Translations under genes and position numbers: made by a program
Assembly: GCA_004524535.1 (NCBI GenBank)
Contig: SDNY01000088.1
Span: 1-15,149, forward strand
Length of the DNA stretch: 15,149 nucleotides
Origin: Promethearchaeota archaeon
Lineage (GTDB): Archaea > Asgardarchaeota > Lokiarchaeia > Sigyniarchaeales > SOKP01
Reading direction: 5' to 3'
Shown here: piece after piece, positions 1-5,664 of the stretch
Position numbering within the stretch: the stretch's first letter is position 1
Layout: every line of letters begins with the position of its first letter
Notes under the pieces: model-generated
The model's database searches: none
What the model was told of the DNA's origin: nothing
Seen by the model: only the letters and a program-made list of their open reading frames with translations

Positions 1-372
1 GATATTTTCTTGAATCAATTTATCTTGCAAAAGGTATAAAACGGTATTTTCTAAGTTTAAGCCACTTCTTCTCCCTATTGAATCGATTTTCGCATCAATT
101 TGCATTCGATCTTTTCGGGCAATTTCAAAGCCTTTATTCATTTGTTCAATTAGGGTTTCAAACCGTCTATCCATTTGCTCTTGCATCGCTTCAAACCGTC
201 TATCCATTTGCTCTTGCATCGCTTTAAATCTTCTGTCTGAATGCTCTATTATTCTTGCGATATCATCTTTTGTCGCAACAATACTAGATAAAGCGGTAAT
301 TATTGCGCCTTTGATCTCATCATCTTCTCTTATTAATTTTGGTAAGAGCTTTAAAAATTCTTCTTTTTCCAT
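1..372 (-). CDS. Partial (3'-truncated by window edge) coiled-coil protein, probably archaeal DUF3782/DUF1626-type PD-(D/E)XK nuclease-like family
   Basis: Not in the ORF track. Open frame from ATG at 372 to the window edge: MEKEEFLKLLPKLIREDDEIKGAIITALSSIVATKDDIARIIEHSDRRFKAMQEQMDRRFEAMQEQMDRRFETLIEQMNKGF...IDSIGRRSGLNLENTV... GGAGT RBS on the minus strand at 381-385. Family call is from remembered resemblance (helical N-terminus, ATKxDI, coiled coil, then a 'GxRxG' segment); the nuclease domain would lie outside the window. Confidence 0.7.
   Translation of the reverse strand, partial: MEKEEFLKLLPKLIREDDEIKGAIITALSSIVATKDDIARIIEHSDRRFKAMQEQMDRRFEAMQEQMDRRFETLIEQMNKGFEIARKDRMQIDAKIDSIGRRSGLNLENTVLYLLQDKLIQENI
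157..222. repeat. Perfect in-frame 33-bp tandem duplication (11-aa unit AMQEQMDRRFE)
   Basis: ttcaaaccgtctatccatttgctcttgcatcgc occurs at 157-189 and 190-222, with degenerate units on either side. Confidence 0.95.
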
Positions 373-697
373 TTGAAATTACTCCAGTTTCTATAATATT
401 AATGACTTCTTACATTTTTAAAAATAACCATTTTGCAATTGAATTAGCCTTAAAATTTTTCTATTTCTATATTTAAGGACGTTTACTAAAAATTATCATC
501 ATCTTTATCTAATTACAAAATGAATTATTGACTTATAACTAAATTCTGGCAATCAAGACATTAAAAAGTGAAATTATTTCATTTGAAACCTTAATTATAA
601 TACAGAGTTTTAAATTTCTAAACATAAAAATAAAGATTTATTTGAAGATAAAGATTATAACTTCGAAATTCGAGTTATGAAAAATTTATTGAGTGTT

Positions 698-705
698 AAA
701 AAAAA
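698..705 (-). terminator. Putative archaeal oligo(T) terminator
   Basis: A8 on the + strand (T8 on minus), 12 nt past the stop of 718..996. Confidence 0.5.
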
Positions 706-717
706 CAGGAGAATTTA

Positions 718-996
718 TTAGTGCTCTGCTAAAGCTTCATTTAAAACTATATTTAAGTTAACTTCAGAATTTTTAAGCTTATTAACAAAATGTCTTAAAC
801 CTTCATCATTAAGTAAAAGTTCTAATAAATTGCGATATAATCCTGTAAGATTGTCGCTTGCTGCTTCAAAATAAATATCATCTTCATCAAGATTAATGTT
901 TAAAATTTCATATAATCCTTTTATGGATTCCTTAATATTATCAAAATTCTTAATGGCCTTTTCAATTACATCCTTTTCATATTTTTTTTCGATCAT
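718..996 (-). CDS. Uncharacterised 92-aa helical protein (paralog 1)
   Basis: Has a GAGGTGAT RBS (1005-1012), its own BRE/TATA and a T-run terminator. 64/92 ungapped identities to 1309..1590 by manual count. Confidence 0.9.
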   Translation of the reverse strand: MIEKKYEKDVIEKAIKNFDNIKESIKGLYEILNINLDEDDIYFEAASDNLTGLYRNLLELLLNDEGLRHFVNKLKNSEVNLNIVLNEALAEH

Positions 997-1004
997 TTTT
1001 TTTA

Positions 1005-1059
1005 ATCACCTCAATATCATTATATGAAATGTGATATTTAAATCTTCGCATTTCGAAAT
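1005..1059 (-). promoter_or_regulatory. Archaeal promoter (BRE + TATA) and RBS for 718..996
   Basis: Minus strand reads cgaaga-TTTAAATA (TATA at 1035-1042). RBS GAGGTGAT at 1005-1012. Palindrome ATTTCGAAAT at 1050-1059. Confidence 0.7.
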
Positions 1060-1097
1060 ATTAGTTATCATTGTCGATCATATTTTATTCAGAAGTA

Positions 1098-1149
1098 CGG
1101 TTAGGTATGGGAAGCGATCGCTGGGCGATTGTTTTCGACCATCTGACCG
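1098..1149 (+). ncRNA. Candidate structured RNA hairpin, or a degenerate DNA inverted repeat
   Basis: Manual pairing: CGGTTAG/CTGACCG, ATGG/CCAT and GAAGCGATCGC/GCGATTGTTTT with a TGG loop. All non-Watson-Crick pairs are G.U on the + strand. No known RNA family recognised. Confidence 0.25.
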
Positions 1150-1273
1150 ATCGTGATCATTTATATCAATGTTCAGAGATGATCAATCTCTTGTTTATAA
1201 TTAATTTTTTTGAACATTATTTATTTTTTAGAACATATATATTATATTCAAGGAAAATAAAGTCAAAAATTTT

Positions 1274-1282
1274 AAAAAAAAA
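1274..1282 (-). terminator. Putative archaeal oligo(T) terminator
   Basis: A9 on + (T9 on minus) about 26 nt past the stop of 1309..1590. Confidence 0.5.
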
Positions 1283-1308
1283 TTGATTGATTTAAATAAA
1301 AGTAGTAT

Positions 1309-1590
1309 TTAGAATTGTTCAGCTATAGCCTCATTCAAGACTATATTCAAATCAACTTCAGAAGTCCTGAGCTTCTTCACAAATTGTTGCAAGCCATAAT
1401 CATTAATCAATAGCTCCAATATATTATGATATAAGCCTGAGAGATTTTCACTTGCCGCCTCAGAATAAAAATCATTATCATTTAAATTAATATGAAGGAT
1501 TTCGTATAATCCCTTTATGGAAGCTTTTATATTCTCAAAATTCTTAAAAGCCTTCGCCTTTGCATCTTTCATATATTTTGTTTCGATCAT
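1309..1590 (-). CDS. Uncharacterised 93-aa helical protein (paralog 2)
   Basis: Start moved from 1614 to ATG 1590: MIETKY aligns with MIEKKY of paralog 1, and a GAGGT RBS lies at 1602-1606. Confidence 0.9.
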   Translation of the reverse strand: MIETKYMKDAKAKAFKNFENIKASIKGLYEILHINLNDNDFYSEAASENLSGLYHNILELLINDYGLQQFVKKLRTSEVDLNIVLNEAIAEQF

Positions 1591-1601
1591 TTCTTTTACA
1601 A

Positions 1602-1646
1602 ACCTCGTGATCAATATATGGGAAAGGATATATAAGTCTTTCGAAA
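1602..1646 (-). promoter_or_regulatory. Archaeal promoter (BRE + TATA) and RBS for 1309..1590
   Basis: Minus strand reads cgaaaga-CTTATATA (TATA at 1629-1636). The RBS-to-TATA offset (27 nt) is identical to the paralog 1 promoter. TTTCGAAA palindrome at 1639-1646. Confidence 0.7.
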
Positions 1647-1902
1647 ACCGACATTGTTCTTTGCAATGTGATCACAAAACCCGACTGAAAACGCAAAACT
1701 GCAACCTTCAAAATAATTGGTGATCGAGAGTGATCATAAATGATTTCATGAGCGAAAGAAATTATTAAAGTCATGCACTGCATTTTCATATCCGAACATG
1801 ATCAAGACCAAATCAACAAATTTTCATATTTGAATCTTTTCAATTTTTCTGAAAACGGAGATTATTATTTTTGAAAAAAGTAATGCACTATTTAGTAGAT
1901 TT

Positions 1903-1931
1903 CGATCAATCTTGATCGTAACATTTAAATA
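1903..1931 (+). promoter_or_regulatory. TATA box with an adjacent inverted-repeat operator for 2011..2271
   Basis: CGATCAA-TC-TTGATCG (1903-1918) ends 5 nt upstream of TTTAAATA (1924-1931). Confidence 0.6.
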
Positions 1932-1953
1932 CTCTGGTAATTATTAATAAATT

Positions 1954-1988
1954 AGAAAAAAATAAAAAATCAGAAAAAAATAAAAAAT
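1954..1988. repeat. A-tract direct repeat (17 bp x2, period 18)
   Basis: AGAAAAAAATAAAAAAT at 1954-1970 and 1972-1988. Confidence 0.75.
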
Positions 1989-2010
1989 TCTAAATAAGGT
2001 GAAAAAATTA

Positions 2011-2271
2011 ATGGTTGGTAATTGTAATTGCGAAAATATTGATAGATGTTCTATCATAGGGTATCTCCCAGCGGGATTTGAATGCCCATATTTCAGACCT
2101 ATAGATGCTGAAAGCAAATTTGAAAGCACAGGTTCAAAATTAATTACAGGAACCCAAAAAATGGTTCCATTGAAAACAACAATTAAAAATGGTGTTCTGA
2201 AGGTTGTTATTAATAAAGAAGGCAAAAAGATTCCACTTGAGATTGACATACAGCAAGAATTAGATCAATAA
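2011..2271 (+). CDS. Small Cys-containing protein (4 Cys; CxC-x5-C-x11-C), paralog A
   Basis: The track's GTG at 1999 is part of the AGGTGA RBS (1997-2002). ATG 2011 aligns the N-terminus with paralog B. Shared motifs are CNCxxxDxCSIxGYxPxGFxC and GxLKVVI...GKxxPLxIDI. Confidence 0.88.
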   Translation: MVGNCNCENIDRCSIIGYLPAGFECPYFRPIDAESKFESTGSKLITGTQKMVPLKTTIKNGVLKVVINKEGKKIPLEIDIQQELDQ

Positions 2272-2280
2272 ACGTCAAAA

Positions 2281-2293
2281 GAAGATTTTATAA
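2281..2293 (+). promoter_or_regulatory. Putative BRE/TATA for 2332..2604
   Basis: gaaga-TTTTATAA (2286-2293) lies about 40 nt upstream of ATG 2332. AGTGA RBS-like sequence at 2321-2325. Confidence 0.5.
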
Positions 2294-2331
2294 TTTAAGA
2301 AAATAATAACATTAGATTATAGTGAAAAAAA

Positions 2332-2604
2332 ATGTGTAATAGCTGTAATTGTGACGATTACGATAAATGTTCTATAGTAGGATATATGCCAATAGGGTTC
2401 TGCTGTGAGAAATGCATTCTTTACGATGAGAAGCATACCTGCTTAAAAGCCCAATTATCGGTCAGGAAGAATCTAAACTTACCTGAGGATCTTAAGCCAA
2501 TCAGCACTTCAATCGAAGGTGGGCTCTTGAAGGTCGTTATCAAGCAGAAAGGTAAAGAAGTTCCGCTCTATATAGACATTAAGAAACAATTAGAATCAAA
2601 ATAA
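2332..2604 (+). CDS. Small Cys-rich putative metal-binding protein (8 Cys in the first 37 aa), paralog B
   Basis: MCNSCNCDDYDKCSIVGYMPIGFCCEKC...HTC; clear paralog of 2011..2271. Confidence 0.9.
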   Translation: MCNSCNCDDYDKCSIVGYMPIGFCCEKCILYDEKHTCLKAQLSVRKNLNLPEDLKPISTSIEGGLLKVVIKQKGKEVPLYIDIKKQLESK

Positions 2605-2668
2605 GATTTTTCCAGGGATTTTATCAATAAGGATAAGCTCTTGGAAAGGTTTATTTTGATTTAGAATA

Positions 2669-2689
2669 TTTTTTTATTTCCTCTTTTTT
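2669..2689 (+). terminator. Putative oligo(T) terminator
   Basis: T7 (2669-2675) and T6 (2684-2689) downstream of 2332..2604. Confidence 0.45.
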
Positions 2690-3034
2690 ATTTAATTAGT
2701 AGCAATTTTAGGCTAATAATCCATCTCTAAAGAAAATCATAATTCAATGATCGTTTATGGTATGTTGATGTTTTAATTACGAAATTATGTGATAAAAACT
2801 AAGCAAAAATGATGGTTTAATACAGAGCATTAATTTAAATGTCGGAGAATCATAAATAATTTATATCCTTTTTTAGAGTTAGGATCATTTTTCATGGTTT
2901 CATTTATTTATCTTTTCCATTTTTTAACTTAGTTTAAGCTATTTAATTTTAGTTATTTTTAGTTTTGGAAAAATTAAGAGAAGAGGTGATTTAATATAAT
3001 AATCATAAGAGTTTTAATTTTCAAAATTCAAAAT

Positions 3035-3056
3035 AAGATTTTTAAAACTTATATTA
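3035..3056 (+). promoter_or_regulatory. Candidate TATA region for the hdr-flx operon
   Basis: aagat-TTTTAAAA (3040-3047) and TTATATTA (3049-3056) lie 40-60 nt upstream of the hdrC ATG. The region is very AT-rich, so the assignment is weak. Confidence 0.3.
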
Positions 3057-3097
3057 TTTAAGTAAGTATTATATGAAAACAAACAAAGAAGGAAAAA

Positions 3098-3595
3098 ATG
3101 AGTGTTATAAACTTCGATTTTAGAAATGAAGTACTTTCACATAATGCTTCATTAAGTTATTGTTATCAATGTGCAACGTGCTCAGGCGCTTGTCCTGTAG
3201 CTCTTGCCACAGCAGGGAAATATAATCCTCGAAAAATCATAGAACTTTCTATTTTAGGTCTTCAAGATAAATTAATTGAAGGGGTGGATGTGAGTGTATG
3301 GTTATGTTCAACCTGTCAGACGTGTGTAGAATTATGTCCACAGAAAGTTGAATTAACAGAGATTTTTACCTTGATTAAAAATAGATCGTTTGAAGAGGGA
3401 AAAATTCCAGAGGGATTTCAATTACAAGGGCAATCGATTGTTGATAATGGGGTTGCAATTCCCTACTCTAAAGCGATTGAATCTCGTCGTGAGAAATTAG
3501 GTTTACCAAAGGTAAAAACAGCGTCAGTTGATGAGATAAAAACAATTTTGAAGGAAACAAATTTTGAAAAAAATATATTAAAGGTGGGGAAATAA
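3098..3595 (+). CDS. hdrC: Heterodisulfide reductase subunit C
   Basis: Two [4Fe-4S] motifs, CYQCATCSGACP and WLCSTCQTCVELCP, with NPRKII between them; directly upstream of hdrB. Confidence 0.95.
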   Translation: MSVINFDFRNEVLSHNASLSYCYQCATCSGACPVALATAGKYNPRKIIELSILGLQDKLIEGVDVSVWLCSTCQTCVELCPQKVELTEIFTLIKNRSFEEGKIPEGFQLQGQSIVDNGVAIPYSKAIESRREKLGLPKVKTASVDEIKTILKETNFEKNILKVGK

Positions 3596-3598
3596 ATT

Positions 3599-4483
3599 AT
3601 GGCTTATGATGTATTTTTAGGGTGCGTAATTCCCGCGAGATTACCTTATTTGGAGGCATCTGCGAGAAAAGTTTTTACTCGGCTTGGTATTCAACTGAAT
3701 GATGTAGAGGGGTTTAGTTGTTGTCCTGATCCAACTGGTATTGAGCAAATTGATCATAAAACATGGTTGGCATTAGGTTCCAGAAATTTAAGTTTATCGA
3801 AAAATCAAAACGGAGAGATAATTTCATTTTGTTCTGGTTGTGTTGAGACATTAAAGGGTGTTAATTATTACGTTAACAAAGATTCTGAGGCATTGAAAGA
3901 AGTAAATACGATTTTAAGTAAGGTTGGTAAGAAATATGATGGAAAAACCAAGGTTAAGCATTTTGCCGAGGTACTTTATGAAAATCTTGATAAGGTAAGA
4001 GATAATGTAACAAGGCCTTTATATGGGTTTAAAGTTGCAGTTCATTATGGATGCCATTACCTTCGTCCTTCTGAGATTATTGATTGGGATGATCCTTTTG
4101 AACCTAATACCATCGATGAAATCGTAAAGGCTCTTGGAGCAGAATCCGTCGATTATGAGATGAAGATGGAATGTTGCGGAAATCCCGTAGAAAAAACAGA
4201 TAAAGATCTGTCTCTTTTATTGATTGAAAACAAATTGAAATCCATTCAAAATGCAGGTGCAAATTGTGTTGTCGTTGTCTGTCCTGCTTGTTATCAGCAG
4301 TTTGAATTCAATCAAAGAGAGCTTAATAAGAAGAATAATACTAACTATGATATCCCAATATTCTATCTTTCAGAGCTTTCAGCTTTGGCATTTGGATTTA
4401 AGCCTGATGATATCGGTTTAAAGTTTCATAGAGTACGACCAAATGCACTATTTGAAAATACAGGATTTATAAAGGAAAGCTAA
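3599..4483 (+). CDS. hdrB: Heterodisulfide reductase subunit B (two CCG domains)
   Basis: FLGC...SCCPDP...FCSGC and HYGCH...ECCG...VCPAC; both non-cubane cluster motifs are present. Confidence 0.96.
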   Translation: MAYDVFLGCVIPARLPYLEASARKVFTRLGIQLNDVEGFSCCPDPTGIEQIDHKTWLALGSRNLSLSKNQNGEIISFCSGCVETLKGVNYYVNKDSEALKEVNTILSKVGKKYDGKTKVKHFAEVLYENLDKVRDNVTRPLYGFKVAVHYGCHYLRPSEIIDWDDPFEPNTIDEIVKALGAESVDYEMKMECCGNPVEKTDKDLSLLLIENKLKSIQNAGANCVVVVCPACYQQFEFNQRELNKKNNTNYDIPIFYLSELSALAFGFKPDDIGLKFHRVRPNALFENTGFIKES

Positions 4484-4557
4484 ATTAAAGCTTTTTAATT
4501 GAAATTAGGAAAAATATAATTAAAATAAATTAAATTAAAAATTCATGGTAGAAAAAA

Positions 4558-5646
4558 ATGGCTATAGCAAATAAAACATTTAAAGATCTTGAAGAAGAGG
4601 TAATCTCCAAAGGGGAATGTTGTGCATGTGGAGGTTGTGTATCATATTGTGAACTTCAAGGTTTTAATGTAATTGAAATGAAGGGCTATACTCCCACATT
4701 TAAATCAGATAAAACTGTTGATAATTGCAAGGAATGTGGTGTATGTTTCTATGTTTGTCCTCAGACCACTCCTTTATTGGACAAATTAAATGAGATACAT
4801 CAAGTTAAGGATGAGTTAGGTAACATTAGAGATGTGTTGGCTGCGAAAACCACAGATGCTGTAATTAAAGAGGTTGGACAGGATGGAGGTATTGTATCAA
4901 CAATTTTAAAATATTTATTCGAAACAAATAATATTGATGCCGCTATTGTCTCTGAATATAATGAAAATTTTGAACCTATACCAAAACTAATTTTTAATAA
5001 AGATATGTTGTCAAAGTCAGCAGGAACAAGATATTCTATTTCATCTAATATTTTACCTTTAAAAGATTTATATATAAATGCTCAAGATATACTTTCCCAA
5101 CAAAAGAGAATTTTTGATATTGATCAAATGCGAGTTGCCTTTATAGGAACCCCTTGTCAATGTAGAGCAATAAATAAGATGAAATTGTTAAATGTAAAAC
5201 CTGCTCATATAATTAGTATTGTTATTAGTCTCTTTTGTTTTGAGAATTTTGATTATAACAAACTTATGGAGACTCTCAAATCTAAAGTAAATGTAGAGGC
5301 AGCCAATATTAAAAAAACGAATATAAAGAAAAATTTCTTTGTTTTTACGAAGGATAACCAAAAACTTGAAGTTAATATAAAAGATCTGGATGAAGCAGTG
5401 AGGAATCATTGCCATTCATGTGATGAGTTTACAGGAAGATTTTCAGATATCAGTATTGGGGCGTCTGGAGCTCCAGAAGGGTATTCCATGGTACTAATTC
5501 GAACCGAGAAAGGAGCAACATTAATCGATTCAGTACTCTCTGTTGGATATATCGAAAGATATACCATTCCAATAGATCAAGTTTCAGAATGGAGACCTAA
5601 GAAGCTTAATTGGCTTAAGAAAATGATATCTTTAAAAACAAAATAA
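4558..5646 (+). CDS. FrhB/FdhB-family coenzyme F420 oxidoreductase subunit with an N-terminal 2x[4Fe-4S] domain (FpoF/FqoF-like)
   Basis: CCACGGCVSYC and CKECGVCFYVCP, followed by FrhB motifs GQDGGIVS, AGTRY, GTPCQ, LFCFENF and CHSCDEFTGRFSDISIG. Confidence 0.9.
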   Translation: MAIANKTFKDLEEEVISKGECCACGGCVSYCELQGFNVIEMKGYTPTFKSDKTVDNCKECGVCFYVCPQTTPLLDKLNEIHQVKDELGNIRDVLAAKTTDAVIKEVGQDGGIVSTILKYLFETNNIDAAIVSEYNENFEPIPKLIFNKDMLSKSAGTRYSISSNILPLKDLYINAQDILSQQKRIFDIDQMRVAFIGTPCQCRAINKMKLLNVKPAHIISIVISLFCFENFDYNKLMETLKSKVNVEAANIKKTNIKKNFFVFTKDNQKLEVNIKDLDEAVRNHCHSCDEFTGRFSDISIGASGAPEGYSMVLIRTEKGATLIDSVLSVGYIERYTIPIDQVSEWRPKKLNWLKKMISLKTK

Positions 5647-5664
5647 AATGTTATAGTGATTAAA

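Larger units (their letters stand above)
990..1918. promoter_or_regulatory. Cluster of 14 palindromic YGATCR hexamers (putative operator or methylation array)
   Basis: Hexamers start at 990, 1075, 1115, 1148, 1154, 1180, 1584, 1608, 1669, 1721, 1731, 1799, 1903 and 1913. Twelve are intergenic and two overlap the start codons of the minus-strand paralogs. A regulatory role is inferred. Confidence 0.6.

Noticed and set aside
657-665. ATAACTTCG matches the start of a loxP arm
   Set aside because: Only 9 bp match, there is no 13-8-13 structure, and no recombinase is in the window.
1098-1149. Hairpin as a SECIS element
   Set aside because: No clear AUGA/GA quartet with apical adenines, and no TGA-containing + strand gene nearby.
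1071-1286. 71-aa ORF on the + strand
   Set aside because: TTG start, no RBS, low-complexity F/I/K tail, and it spans regulatory and terminator sequence.
1667-1676. CRP- or FNR-type boxes (TGTGA/TCACA; TTGAT/ATCAA at 1905-1916)
   Set aside because: Half-site spacing or orientation does not match the canonical TGTGA-N6-TCACA or TTGAT-N4-ATCAA, and the promoters are archaeal.
990-1918. GATC cluster as a replication origin or CRISPR array
   Set aside because: No ORB/G-string or DnaA boxes recognised, no cdc6/orc or cas gene in the window, and no constant-length repeat-spacer structure.
1517-2249. ORFs 1517..1723 (+), 1544..1789 (-) and 1944..2249 (-), plus a 33-aa ORF from 1773 (+)
   Set aside because: They overlap or shadow better-supported genes and promoters, with no RBS or recognisable motifs.
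2983-2990. Perfect GAGGTGAT RBS-like sequence in the 2605-3097 gap
   Set aside because: No start codon with an open frame follows (GTG ATT TAA only). It may be chance or part of a promoter.
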